Shown: positions 1 to 13,668 of the stretch, piece after piece
How the letters are laid out: each line of letters starts with the position of its first letter
Numbering within the stretch: position 1 is the first letter of the stretch
From: Macrostomum lignano
Lineage: Eukaryota
NCBI GenBank assembly: GCA_002269645.1
Contig: NIVC01001499.1
Coordinates: 310,001 to 374,000 of the forward strand
DNA length: 64,000 nt
Direction: 5' to 3'
Program-made: the position numbers and the translations under genes
Notes under the pieces: generated by a model
What the model was told of the DNA's origin: nothing
The model's database searches: none
What the model saw: the letters and a program-made list of their open reading frames with translations, nothing else

Positions 1-417
1 AGAAAGAAAAGGGAGTTGAGTTGGACTGCCTTCTGCTCGAATTGCTTCCCCTCCCAGTCCCTGTCGCTCTTTTCCAGTCCTCTCAATTGAAATCCCGGGT
101 TTTTCTGTTCCTCAAGCATCCGCATCAAGGTGAAGCGAGTAATAAAGGTACGACCAGACCCGATCGATAGGTCGATGGTTCGACTTTCTTCTTTTTTTCT
201 GTTAAAATTTATACACACTGTACTGTCGAGTCTTTCTTTAGCCCGAGGCCAAGTCGCTGCTCGTTATTGGGGTCGCTATTGAGCTGGCAAGAATTCGGGT
301 GGGGGGGCACGCTGGCATCGATCAGTCCCCCCCCTGAGGGATGTGATGACCTTCTTGACCTTCGCAGGTGGGAAAATTGTTGTATGGGATATTCGTCTTA
401 GTCGTAGTTTCCTGGGA

Positions 418-730
418 TCTGTCCTAGTGTCTGTCCTAGTGTCTGTCTTAGTGTTGTCCTAGTGTCTGTCCTAGTGTCTGTCCTAGTGTTGTCCTAGTGT
501 CTGTCTTAGTGTCTGTCCTAGTGTCTGTCCTAGTGTCTGTCTTAGTGTCTGTCCTAGTGTCTGTCCTAGTGTCTGTCTTAGTGTCTGTCTTAGTGTCTGT
601 TTTAGTGTCTGTCCTAGTGTCTGTCCTAGTGTCTGTCCTAGTGTCTGTCCTAGTGTCTGTTTTAGTGTCTGTCCTAGTGTCTGTCCTAGTGTCTGTTTTA
701 GTGTCTGTCTTAGTGTCTGTCCTAGTGTCT
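418..730. repeat. 12-bp minisatellite (GTGTCTGTCCTA)n
   Basis: direct reading. Confidence 0.95.
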
Positions 731-1067
731 GTCTGTAAATGAGACAGTTTCTGTCTGTAAATGAGCCAGTGTCTGTCTGTCTATGAGACAGTGCCTGTCT
801 GTCTATGAGACAGTGCCTGTCTGTCTATGAGACAGTGCCTGTCTGTAAATGAGACAGTGTCTGTCTGTAAATGAGACAGTTTCTGTCTGTAAATGAGCCA
901 GTGTCTGTCTGTCTATGAGACAGTGCCTGTCTGTCTATGAGACAGTGCCTGTCTGTAAATGAGACAGTGTCTGTCTGTAAATGAGACAGTGTCTGTCTGT
1001 CTATGAGACAGTGCCTGTCTGTCTATGAGACAGTGCCTGTCTGTCTATGAGACAGTGTCTGTCTGTC
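731..1067. repeat. About 22-bp minisatellite (GTG[C/T]CTGTCTGT[CT/AA]ATGAGACA)n
   Basis: direct reading; shares GTGTCTGTC with the adjacent 12-mer. Confidence 0.9.
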
Positions 1068-2212
1068 CAGTGAGTCCCTCCGCCATTCAAAATCGATCAT
1101 CCCAGCTCCCCCTGACTCAGCCCCAGCCGCTGCTCGAGTTTCTCCCAAGAAGAGGAAGAATTACGCAACCCAAAGACAGGACTAAAAAGGCAGGAAAATT
1201 GGCTCCAACAGCCCGAATCGCTCCGCCCCAGCCGATTCACTTGGCTGCAGCGGCCAATGAATGGGATCTCGGCGGTGTCAAATGACACTCCACCAGCACA
1301 GGAGGTTGTCTGGACGGCCAACGATCCAAAATCAGCATTGACTAAATGGCGTAGTGATGCCTATTTTTCTTCATTTTGGTTGCATGCGGGCTTGGTCAAG
1401 ATTGCATGAGTCATTGAAGCCTAAACCAATTTCTGCCTTCCTCTATATTCTCTCATGACCAGCTCTATCAGGAGAAAAACAAACAGCCATGCTTCATTAG
1501 CATATGCATTTTAGAAGTTTTTTTTCGACTCTGACACCTTTCACTAATTGTAGCGGGCACTGAAGTCACTGAAAGTCAGGACCGCTTTACGCCCTGTGTG
1601 AGCGTGTGTTATGAGTGCAAATTCTGTTAAAGCCCCAACGAAAAAGTTTCTTTAAGAAACTATTTATCTGTCTTCTATTCATCAGTCAAAAAATTGAATC
1701 TAGAAGAAGCGTCAGCGAAGCAGTTCATGGGAAAATTTGCTTTAGTAGACCGTATATAAAATCGATGCTTTTGGTCCATTTCAGCTTCGATCGAGATCCC
1801 CTTGTTCAACTGATTGGATAAAAATAATAGCCGAAGCAGTTAGGGAGGGTGTGAGAACCGATTGCGTAATACTGGGGGTTTCGCTTCTCGCCAAGCGAAT
1901 GTGATGAAGAATGAAATATAGAGGTGAGCAGTCTCAAACTCGGGGAATTTCGAAACTCCGCACAAGAGGGTTGATTGATGCCATCAATGCAGCATGGAGG
2001 CAGACTCGAACTGTTCGAAAGATGGCTCTATGGGAACTGAGCACACTCGATGACTGAGGATGCTGGATGCGTCAGGTACGCTCCATTTCATTGTGCAGTG
2101 AGCAGTGCGACATCTCGTGACCTCGGCCTCAATGTTACCTTGCTCGGGTTTGAGGGTCAATGCATGGCTGGGTCATTTTTTCTTGCAACGGCTTAGTTGG
2201 CTTTTTAGATAA

Positions 2213-2794
2213 GTCCTGTCCTGTCCTGTCCTGTCCTGTCCTGTATCCTGTCCTGTCCTGTCCTGTCCTGGATCCTGTCCTGTCCTGTCCTGTCCTGTCC
2301 TGGATCCTGTCATGTCCTGTCCTGTCCTGTCCTGTACTGGACCCTGTCCTGTCATGCCCTGTCCTGTCCTGGACCCTGTCCTGTGATGCCCTGTCCTGTC
2401 CTGTCCTGTCCTGTCCTGTCCTGTCCTGTCCTGTCCTGTCCTGTCCTGTCCTGTCCTGTCCTGTCCTGTTCTGGATCCTGTCCTGTCCTGTCCTGTCCTG
2501 TCCTGTCCTGTCCTGTCCTGTCCTGTCCTGGATCCTGTCATGTCCTGTCCTGTCCTGTCCTGTCCTGGACCCTGTCCTGTCATGCCCTGTCCTGTCCTGG
2601 ACCCTGTCCTGTGATGCCCTGTCCTGTCCTGTCCTGTCCTGTCCTGTCCTGTCCTGTCCTGTCCTGTCCTGTCCTGTCCTGTCCTGTCCTGTCCTGTCCT
2701 GTCCTGTCCTGGATCCTGTCCTGTCCTGGATCCTGTCATGTCCTGTCCTGTCCTGTCCTGTCCTGTCCTGTCCTGTCCTGTCCTGTCCTGTCCT
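2213..2794. repeat. (GTCCT)n pentamer with recurrent GGATCCT/GGACCCT/CATG variants
   Basis: direct reading. Confidence 0.95.
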
Positions 2795-3194
2795 AATCTC
2801 ACCTCTACTATACTCTACTATCTATCCCTGTGTTTCTACTTCCCCTGTCTTCCACTGCTTAATCTCTGTATATCTCGTCTTCTTGATTGCTGTTTCTACT
2901 CAACCCTAAGTTCTACCTAAGCTGTCTATTTATAATATTTTTAATATCCAAAATATATGAAAAAGCCAATACTTTTTTCACAACAAACGGTAGCACCGCT
3001 TCGTATAACTGGGCATGGTCTGAGTAAGCCGGTGACACATCAATCACTCGACTGAGCTGGGTCGAGATTTTTTAGAAATACCAGAAAATTAATATCGGCC
3101 TGCAGGAGTTTACGGTATTAAGCTGGGCGGGTTGGCTGGGAGGTCAAGGTTGGGAGTCGGTTTTAGTTTAGTGATGATATAAAGGTAAAATTGG

Positions 3195-3980
3195 GTGTTA
3201 GACAGGGTGAGATGAAGAAGTTATGAGAGTTAGACAGGGGTGAGATGAAGGGGGAGTTGATAGTGTTAGACAGGGGTGAGATGAAGGGGGAGTTGAGAGT
3301 GTTAGACAGGGGTGAGATGAAGGGAGTGAGTAGGTGTTAGACAGGGTGAGATGAAGGGAGTGAGTAGGTGTTAGACAGGGTGAGATGAAGGGAGTGAGCT
3401 GGTGTTATACAGGGTGAGATGAAGGGAGTGAGTAGGTGTTAGACAGGGTGAGATGAAGGGAAAGAGCTGGTGTTAGACAGGGTGAGATAAAGGGAGTGAG
3501 CTGGTGTTAGACAGGGTGAGATGAAGGGAAAGAGCTGGTGTTAGACAGGGTGAGATAAATGGAGTGAGCTGGTGTTAGACAGGGTGAGATGAAGGGAGTG
3601 AGTAGGTGTTAGACAGGGATGAGATGAAGGGAGTGAGCTGGTGTTAGACAGGGTGAGATGAAGGGAAAGAGCTGGTGTTAGACAGGGTGAGATGAAGGGA
3701 AAGAGCTGGTGTTAGACAGGGTGAGATGAAGGGAGTGAGCTGGTGTTAGACAGGGGTGAGATGAAGGGAGTGAGCTGGTGTTAGACAGGGGTGAGATGAA
3801 GGGAGTGAGCTGGTGTTAGACAGGGTGAGATGAAGGGAAAGAGCTGGTGTTAGACAGGGTGAGATAAAGAGAGAGAGCTGGTGTACGACAGGGGTGAGAT
3901 GAAGGGAAAGAGCTGGTGTTAGACAGGGTGAGATGAAGGGAAAGAGCTGGTGTTAGACAGGGTGAGATGAAGGGAGAGAG
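3195..3980. repeat. 34-bp minisatellite (GTTAGACAGGGTGAGATGAAGGGAGTGAGCTGGT)n
   Basis: direct reading. Confidence 0.95.
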
Positions 3981-4554
3981 TTGGGTCTTCGGCACAGATA
4001 AGATGAAGGGAGATATGAATGCTAGACAAAGTCAGATGAAGGGAGAGATACATTTCAGCAGCTGAGACTAAAAGTGAGATATTGGTGTGATTTACGTAAG
4101 CCTGATAGATGCAGATCGATACATGAAACATCTTTTTACCCTGAGGACTCATAGATGAACTCTTTGAGCAGCTTGTAGAAGCTTTGAAAATTAAAAAAAG
4201 GCTTGAATCGTACAAAAAAGATGAATAGACTGCAAAGTGCCGATGTGGAAGACGACAGTGCATTAGCTTATTGACTAATTCTATGAGAATGAAAGTCCTA
4301 AAGTCAGTCAGTCAATCATTTGCATTGCTAGATACAATACACTGAGATAGTCACTGCTTTTGTGCCACTAATGGCTACTGCTTGCAAAACTGAAACTCAG
4401 TGGGTGGATTTTGTCTTTTTCCAGTTTCTGGTAGTCAAGTCAGACATGTGCGTCCTGTTTGTCTTTGAATTGTTGATTTGAAGTGGGTAAACAGGTTGTA
4501 AACAGGCCGTATTTGTTCGCTACTGGCATTGGTGACTGAAAGCAGTCTTGTGAA

Positions 4555-5000
4555 GGGAGGAGAGGAGATGAGATGAGAGGAGAGGAGGGGAGAGAAGAGG
4601 AGATGAATGGAGAGAGAGCATGAGATAAGAAGAGAGTGAAGGGGAGGACAGGAGAGGAGAGGAGATTAGAAGAGATAAGACGAGAGGATATGATATGCGA
4701 TGAAAGGAGAGGAGAGGAGAGGAGACCAGAGGAGAGGGGAGGAGAGGAGAGGAGAAGGAGATGAATGGAGAGAAGAGGAGAGGAGTGGAGTAGAGATGAG
4801 ATGTGATGAGAGGAGGTTAGAAAAGAAGAGATGAGAGGAGAGGAGAGGAGATAAGAGGAGATGAGATTAGAGGAGGGGAGAAGAGAGGGAGATGAATCGA
4901 GAGGAGAGGATGAGATGAGTAGAGAGGGGAGGGGAGGGGAGGACAGGACAGGAGAGGAGAGGAGAGGAGAGGAGAGGAGAGGAGAGGAGATTAGAGGAGA
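4555..5000. repeat. Purine-rich (GGAGA/GATGA)n low-complexity tract
   Basis: direct reading. Confidence 0.9.
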
Positions 5001-5774
5001 CTCAGAGAACTAAGCAGGATTGCAAGAACAACATGGAAGTCCAAGCAGTGAAAGTCAGCAGAGTTGAATTGTCGCGCTGGCAAATGAAAAAAACATGTTC
5101 GTTAAAGGACCGAAAAAAGAGAAATCACCATGAGATGGAGCTCCCCAGAGAGAGGGAAATTTTTCTGGACTTGGGAGGTGCAGAAAAAATTCTTCGAGTA
5201 GGGCTGCGAACTCACAGAGGCCTGAAAAGAAGAATCTTGTTTAGCCCGGCAACCTTGATGAAGATAATGAGTGGAAATAGCCGGAGCGGATGAGAGTCAG
5301 TCTCCAAGGAGCGGAAGAAGGCAGAAAGAAGTTTGCGGCAACAGCGCGCGGGGTATGGCAAATGAAAAATCAATTCTTACAGGCTGGCTCTGCGGGGCGG
5401 GTTCTCAATCACGGACTAAAGTTGCTTAGGCAGCTGACTGCCTGCTGCTTCTGGGTGGTGGTCAATCGGCTTCTGCTTCCCCTGTCTTTTTCTTCTCTCT
5501 CTCTGCTCTCCAACGATTTGCTTCAACGCTGTTACTGGGGCTGGATCATTAGGGTGAGTCATTAGATAGAGAATGCAGAAGTTGATGTGGGGGAGAGTTG
5601 AGTGTGTTTGTGTGCTTTAAGTCTTTTTTCTCTGGTTGCCAAGGGTATATTCTCCTAGTTCGAGGGACACAATCACAACAGTTTCGAACCAGTTATTTTT
5701 ATTTTCTTTTATTAGTCTTTTGAAAGGCGTTTCATGTTAGATATAAGGTTGCGCATGATAGAGGTTGTTTCGAA

Positions 5775-6397
5775 TATTAGACAGTGTGTTATGTACAGTT
5801 TTAAGGATGTTATACATGTTAGACAGGGTGTTATGCATATTAGACAGGGTGTTATACACGTTAGACAGGGTGTTATACATGTTAAACAGGGTGTTATACA
5901 TGTTAGACAGGGTGCTATACATGTTAAACAGGGTGTTATAAATGTTAGACAGGGTGTTATGCACATTAGACAGGGTGTTATACATGTTAGACAGGGTGTT
6001 ATGCACGTTAGACAGTGTGTTATACATGTTAGACAGGTGTTATACATGTTAGACAGGGTGCTATGCACGTTAAACAGGGTATTATGCACGTTAGACAGGG
6101 TGTTATACATGTTAGACAGGGTGTTAAACACGTTAGACAGGGTGTTAAACACGTTAGACAGGGTGTTATGCACGTTAGACAGGGTGTTATACACGTTACA
6201 CGTTAGACAGGGTGTTATGCACGTTAGACAGGGTATTATGCACGTTAGACAGGGTGTTATACATGTTAGACAGGGTGTTATACACGTTAGACAGGGTGTT
6301 ATACACGTTAGACAGGGTGTTAAACACGTTAGACAGGGTGTTAAACACGTTAGAAAGGGTGTTATACATGTTAGACAGGGTGTTAGACATGTTAGAC
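5775..6397. repeat. 21-bp minisatellite (GTTAGACAGGGTGTTATACAT)n
   Basis: direct reading. Confidence 0.95.
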
Positions 6398-6464
6398 GGA
6401 GGATTAAAACTTTCTATACCGACTATAAATGTTCTCAAAATTTCAAACCCCACAACCCCACCAG

Positions 6465-6812
6465 TACCGCCGCTGGCGCCAATTATCAACTCGGGCGTTC
6501 GCCACCTGTCAATCACCAACCTGACCCGGCCAGTCTCGATCCCCTGCGAATGCAACGAAGGCTTTCCGGGTGTACACCTGAGCTGGCACCTGGACGGCCT
6601 GCCAATTAGAAACGCGTACATCACAAGAGATTCGCAGACTTCCGCTAAAGTTCGCCGATACGTTTCTAGGCTGACCCTGGTTCCGGAGCGGCACGGAGTG
6701 GCCAACGGAAGTCGGCTGGAATGTCGGGCTCACAACGAAGCTCTGGAGTTGATGATGGCAACTGGCAGGGATGCGGCATCGCCAGCGGACAGCTTGATCC
6801 TGCTGGTCTATG
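6465..6812 (+). CDS. Nephrin/SYG-2-like IgSF receptor, exon A (Ig domain)
   Basis: ccag|TACCG acceptor, TATG|gtgag donor, phase 1-1, 348 nt; (V)PPLAPII..C..GFPGVHLSW..LTL..LECRAHN Ig pattern. Confidence 0.85.
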
Positions 6813-6879
6813 GTGAGAACCGCCAGTGCTGGGACTTTCGAGACAGCTTGAATCGATACTTTTATACGGGACCGGATGT

Positions 6880-7610
6880 TTTAAGGGGTGAAATTAGATC
6901 TTCCCTAGGGGTGAGATCCCATTCTCTTAAGGGTGAGATTCTTCAATTATGAGTCTTCATATTGATTCTTTAATAATTAATTAAAAGATGATCTAGGGTG
7001 AGATTATTAAATCAAGAGATTATCTAGGGAGAGATTCTTTAATCAAGAGATTATCTAGGGAGCGATTCTTTAATCAAGAGATTATCTAGGGAGAGATTAT
7101 TTAATCAAGAGATTATTTAGGGAGAGATTATTTAATCAAGAGATTATCTAGGGTGAGATTCAGAATTAGGAGATTTCCTTAGTGAGAATCCTTAATTAAG
7201 ACGTTATCTAGGGTGAGATTCTTCAATCAAGAGATTATCTAGGATGAGATTCTTTAATCAAGAGATTATTTACGTGACATTAAAAATTAGGAGATTTTTT
7301 GTGTGAGAATCCTTAACCAAGAGGTTATCTAGGGTGAGATTCTATAATAAAGAGATTGTCTAGGGTGAGATTCTTCAATTAAGAGATTATATAGGGTGAA
7401 ATTATTTAATCAAGGCATTATCTAGGGTGAGATTTTTAATCACGAGATTATCTACGATGAGATTTGAGATTCTTTAATCAAGAGATTATCTTATCTAGGG
7501 TGAGATTTGAAATTCTTTAATCAAGAGATTATATAGGGTGAGATTCTTCAATCAAGATATTATCTAGGGTGTGATTCCTCAATTAAGGGATTATCTAGAA
7601 TGAGATTCTG
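6880..7610. repeat. 31-bp minisatellite (AGATTATCTAGGGTGAGATTCTTTAATCAAG)n, left block
   Basis: direct reading, degenerate. Confidence 0.9.
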
Positions 7611-7929
7611 AAATGGAAAATATTATGTAACAATAACGGCTTGTTTCGGTCGAACAAACACATCAGGTTCTGAACTGTTCAAATACAGCTTACCCTTGCT
7701 AATTTATGCATCAATCTATTTCTAAAGTGGACAGCTACTTTACTAAATTTCCAAATCCTGATAAATGCTTTGCTATACCAGCTCTTTATTTCTTTTACTG
7801 TGAGTAAACACAAGCCCTTTACTTGTTCCGACTGTCAAAAATGACTCAATGAAGCGCTTTTTGAATCATGGAGCTCACGTTTGGTTTTTTCATTTTTTTT
7901 TATCTCACTCAGTATAGTGCCACTTCTGA

Positions 7930-9145
7930 AATCTAGTTTAGCACCACATCTGACATCTAGTTCAGCGCCACACCTGACATCTAGTTCAGCGCCACACCTG
8001 ACATTTAGTTTAGCGCCACACCTGACATTTAGTTTAGCGCCACACCTGACATCTAGTTCAGCGCCACACCTGACATTTAGTTTAGCGCCACTTCTGACAT
8101 CTAGTTTAGCGCCACACCTGACATCTAGTTCAGCGCCACACCTGACATTTAGTTTAGCGCCACTTCTGACATCTAGTTTAGCGCCACACCTGACATCTAG
8201 TTCAGCGCCACACCTGACATTTAGTTTAGCGCCACTTCTGACATCTAGTTTAGCGCCACACCTGACATCTAGTTCAGCGCCACACCTGACATTTAGTTTA
8301 GCGCCACTTCTGACATCTAGTTTAGCGCCACACCTGACGTTTAGTTTAGCGCCACACCTGACATTTAGTTTAGCGCCACACCTGACATCTAGTTCAGCGC
8401 CACACCTGACATTTAGTTTAGCGCCACTTCTGACATCTAGTTTAGCACCACATCTGACTTCTAGTTTAGCGCCACACCTGACATTTAGTTTAGCGCCACT
8501 TCTGACATCTAGTTTAGCGCCACAACTGACATCTAGTTCAGCGCCACACCTGACATCTAGTTTAGCGCCACACCTGACGTTTAGTTTAGCGCCACACCTG
8601 ACATTTAGTTTAGCGCCACACCTGACATCTAGTTCAGCGCCACACCTGACATTTAGTTTAGCGCCACTTCTGACATCTAGTTTAGCACCACATCTGACAT
8701 CTAGTTCAGCGCCACACCTGACATTTAGTTTAGCGCCACACCTGACATTTAGTTTAGCGCCACACCTGACATTTAGTTTAGCGCCACTTCTGACATCTAG
8801 TTTAGCGCCACACCTGACATCTAGTTCAGCGCCACACCTGACATCTAGTTTAGCGCCACACCTGACGTTTAGTTTAGCGCCACACCTGACATTTAGTTTA
8901 GCGCCACACCTGACATCTAGTTCAGCGCCACACCTGACATTTAGTTTAGCGCCACTTCTGACATCTAGTTTAGCACCACATCTGACATCTAGTTTAGCGC
9001 CACACCTGACATTTAGTTTAGCGCCACACCTGACATTTAGTTTAGCGCCACACCTGACATTTAGTTTAGCGCCACATCTGACATTTAGTTTAGCGCCACA
9101 CCTGACATCTAGTTGAGCGCCACACCTGACATCTAGTTGAGCGCT
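7930..9145. repeat. 24-bp minisatellite (TCTAGTTTAGCGCCACACCTGACA)n
   Basis: direct reading; source of ORFs 7835-9160 and 7881-9116. Confidence 0.95.
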
Positions 9146-9714
9146 ACAACAATGAAGCATAAGTAAAGGTGTGTGCAGATAAAAATATCACAGATTAGGA
9201 AGCAACAGTGTTGAGATAAATCTCTGGCATCTCAATGTCAAGCTGCGATCTTATTTATAATAATAATAACGATCATAATTTCTTCTATAAGAAAGACACT
9301 TCCAACTCTACTCAGAATAACCGATCCCATTCCCATGACGATCGATGTTTGATAGATCGATAAATAGAAATAATTTATTGGTCAACTTTGCTCTAACAAA
9401 ACAGCAGATCAGCAATTGTGTTGATACCAGCTGCCCTTATCCGATGCTTTCTTTCTATTGCAAGCACCTTGATGAGAAAAAAAAATCGATCCAACGTCTC
9501 AGGTCACGCAAGACCTGGTATGCGCTGTGTGAAAAAACTTTGAGCCATCTAATTTGCTTTCTCTTGTTGCGAAGTGCAGAGATGAAGAGAGTGTGGACTC
9601 TGGGTAACAGGTGTTCCCGTTTGTGTTGCGATTTCTTCAGTTCAATAATCGTTATTAAATTATTATGCTTATTCAAATCTTTTGAGTAAACTTATTTGAA
9701 TAGAAACTTTTGTC

Positions 9715-10340
9715 TTGGATGAGATTCTTCCATCAAGAGATTATCTATAGTGTGAGATTCTTCAATCAAGAGATTATCTTAAGTGTGAGATTCTTCCATC
9801 AAGAGATTATCTTAAGTGTGAGATTCTTCCATCAAGAGATTATCTTAAGTGTGAGATTCTTCAATCAAGAGATTATCTAAAGTGCGAGATTCTTCAATCA
9901 AGAGATTATCCATAGTGTGAGATTCTTTAATCAAGAGATTATCTAGAGTGTGAGATTCTTCAATCAAGAGATTATCTAAAGTGTGAGATTCTTCAATCAA
10001 GAGATTATCTAAAGTGTGAGATTCTTCAATCAAGAGATTATCTAGAGTGAGAGATTCTTCAATCAAGAGATTATCTATAGTGTGAGATTCTTCAATCAAG
10101 AGATTATCTAGGGTGAGATTCTTCAATCAAGAGATTATCTAGGGTGAGATTCTTTATCAAGAGATTATCTAGGGTGAGATTCTTTAATCAAAAGATTATC
10201 TAGAGTGTGAGATTCTTCAATCAAGAAATTATCTGGGGTGAGATTCTTTAATCAAGAGATTATCTGGGGTGAGATTCTTTTATCAGGAGATTATCTAGGG
10301 TGAGATTCTTCGATTAAGGGATTATCTACGGTGAGATTTT
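9715..10340. repeat. 31/33-bp minisatellite, same family and orientation as 6880-7610
   Basis: direct reading. Confidence 0.9.
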
Positions 10341-10404
10341 TCAAAACACTGCTTTAAAACCATTGAATAACAAAACCAAATATTCCAAAACCGAACCTCC
10401 CCAG

Positions 10405-10707
10405 AGCGAGTCGGAGCCCCCCAAATCGCCAAGCTGAGCTCGGATTATCGAGCAGGCAGCCGGCTCGAGCTTGCCTGCACCGCCCTGCCCGGCATTCCAT
10501 CCGGCCAGTTGCTATGGAAACGGAAACGACGCGACGAGCTGGACTGGTCGATTGTGTCCGAAACGTATCAACTGTTGGACGGTAAACTGACTAACATTGT
10601 GGGACTGACGGTTGAGCCCAGAGACCACCTGGCTGAGTTCCAGTGCGAGGCCAGCAACGTTGCTATGGAGACGCCGGAGACGGTTGCTGTGCAGGTCAAT
10701 GTGAACT
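10405..10707 (+). CDS. Nephrin-like IgSF, exon B (Ig domain)
   Basis: cccag|AGCGA, AACT|gtgag, phase 1-1; [31 protein letters not shown]. Confidence 0.9.
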
Positions 10708-10719
10708 GTGAGTTGCTTC

Positions 10720-11585
<866 letters not shown>

Positions 11586-11898
11586 GTATATTTTTATTTA
11601 AGTTTTTTCTGTTTATTTTCATTGCCTTAATTAGTCTTAAGCTATGTACTTTAAGATAGAGTAGAAATATGCTCTGTAAGATTGCGATGGGTGACCCAGC
11701 ATACCTAGGGGGTCAATTATTAATCAAGTATTTAATTTAATTTTCGATTTACTTCTATGAGTTCAGCGCGTTCTGTGACTGCGAGAGAGACATTAATTTA
11801 GCTAATTGAAATCGTTACAATTCCTATGGACTTCTTAGAGGTATTTTAATATCCGAAATGTTTTAATTTTCTATTAGATACCTATTTTCATATTTGTA

Positions 11899-12263
11899 GG
11901 GGTTTTTAGCCTAGTGGTTAGAGCATTACTTGAAGGTCGGGGGTTCGATTCCCGATCCCATTGGAACAATTTGTGTCCTTGGTGTGTGTGGCGACCCCCC
12001 CCCCCTACCGACAGCTCAGCCGCAGCTATTGCGCGGCGCATCTGAAGACTGCGTACGGCTGTTCAGTCCAAGGACTGGGGGGTCGCCACACAGCCTCAAT
12101 TACCCCAGCTAATGCTGGCACCCATTTTACAGCTTGGGTGAACTGAAGCAGTGCAGAGTTAAGTGTCTTTATCAATGACACAAATTGTTCCAATGGGATC
12201 GGGAATCGAACCACCGACCTTCAAGTCGTACGTCCGACGCTCTGACCACTAGGCTAAAACCCC
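11899..12263. mobile_element. Inverted (tail-to-tail) pair of tRNA-derived CORE-like SINEs
   Basis: A box TAGCCTAGTGG and B box GGTTCGATTCC on + at 11899-11977, and again on - at 12263-12177; - copy carries ACACTTAACTCTGCACTGCTTCAGTTCACCCAAGCTGTAAAATGGG. Confidence 0.8.
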
Positions 12264-12392
12264 TGTGTGTGGTCAAGCATTAATTTTTGTTATTATCATG
12301 TGCTGAGTGTGGCTCCCTTCTGCCTCAATTTTCCAGTTTTAGACATTTATTAAAACCTTATAAAGTGCATTTCCTGCAACCTCATCACCCAG

Positions 12393-12725
12393 TTCCGCCG
12401 GCCGCCCTGTTCATCTACCGCGACGACCAGCTGGTCTCGAATGCCAATCAAATCTACATTCGAGACGGCGAAACGGCGTTGTTTCAATGCCGCAGCGGAC
12501 CGCACCACGACAACCTGCTGGTGGCTTGGTACATCGACCAGGCCAAGGTGTGGCAAAACGTGGCCTTGCCGGATCGAACCTCGGGCCGCCTGCTGGAGCA
12601 GTACACTCTGTCCAACTATACATTCGTGTATTCGGCTAGACAGAATCGGCAGCCAACTATTCGATGCCGAGTCACGAATCACTTCGGCTACAGGCAGGAG
12701 ATTAGCTTAAGACTGCAGGAACACG
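12393..12725 (+). CDS. Nephrin-like IgSF, exon C (Ig domain)
   Basis: cccag|TTCCG, CACG|gtagg, phase 1-1; FPP..ALFQCRSG..VAWY..IRCRVTN. Confidence 0.9.
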
Positions 12726-12757
12726 GTAGGGAGCTGTTTTACCTACCGCTTTGAGGA

Positions 12758-13025
12758 GGGGTCGTAGACCAGTGGTCAAGCGCAGCGCTCTCCAAATTGA
12801 AATCTCGGCTTGGCTCTGCTCGTGCAACTAATGCAACCTTTGAGGCCCAACCCCCAAGGCACAGTGAAGTGTACATGCCTAACGATAAATAAAGTTCGGG
12901 CCGCTGTACACTCCTGTGTGAGTGTGTGCCTGTGCATATGACTGCGTACGTATACGCGCGCGATTGTGTGCCTGCTCAGGGGAGTCGGCGGAATGGGCAG
13001 TAATGCTTCTCTCCGGTTGTGTGAT
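12758..13025 (+). mobile_element. tRNA-derived SINE family 2, internally deleted copy
   Basis: GGGGTCGTAGACCAGTGG head; body matches the reverse complement of 55950-56150; B-box region missing. Confidence 0.75.
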
Positions 13026-13121
13026 AATGTCGCTTACAAAGTGGATGATTTTGGAATAAGCGTGCAGCTGTTTATGCCTTAACAACTTCAAACTGAAACG
13101 CCGCCCACCTCAAACACGCAG

Positions 13122-13238
13122 TCCCGCCTCGAGCTCTGATCCTAACTGCTCCGAATCGAATCATGGCTAACAAGTTCGCCGAGTTCATCTGCACCTGCGA
13201 GGGCGCCACGCCGCCGCCTGAGATCTCCTGGCACCTGG
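13122..13238 (+). CDS. Nephrin-like IgSF, exon D (first half of Ig domain)
   Basis: cgcag|TCCCG, CTGG|gtgag; VPPRALIL..EFICTCEGATPPPEISWHL. Confidence 0.85.
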
Positions 13239-13562
13239 GTGAGTTGACGGTTTTCACGCTTGGTGTTTTATCGAAGTTGCAGCAGGGCACCAGAGTTCCC
13301 ACCGCACTCTATCTTCTCAGGGCCATGGTGAGTCAAATGGAACAAAGAATCTGTATATAACCTAAAAGAGGCATACAACACAGGATGTGGCTCACACAGG
13401 GGGCACAGCAACTTTCTCATCATGCCTTATGGAGTGATCGCACCCGCGATCGCGAAGTTTTCATTAAGATTGTTCTTGAGAAAGGTGCAGCAAAGTTTAA
13501 CTAGCAAAGGTTTCCAGCACTTTTTATTAAATTTACACGCATCTTTATTGTAAATGAAACAG

Positions 13563-13668
13563 GCGACGAACCGATTGAACCGAAAGCCACCCGAACTCAA
13601 AGCGGTAGCAACGTTATTTCGAATCTGCGAATCAACGTCACTCGCGAGGACTATTTGAAGCAGATATT
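13563..13668 (+). CDS. Nephrin-like IgSF, exon E
   Basis: aacag|GCGAC, ATATT|gtaag; GDEPI..VISNLRINVTREDYLKQI; not reported in the ORF track. Confidence 0.85.

Noticed and set aside
11899-11977. tRNA gene
   Set aside because: A and B boxes are present but there is no complete cloverleaf, and the sequence continues into the SINE body; treated as a SINE head, as are the other tRNA-like heads.
12030-12080. Hammerhead ribozyme (CTGAAGA matches CUGANGA)
   Set aside because: No correctly placed GAAA or stem II/III found, and the motif is absent from the 13848-14125 copy.
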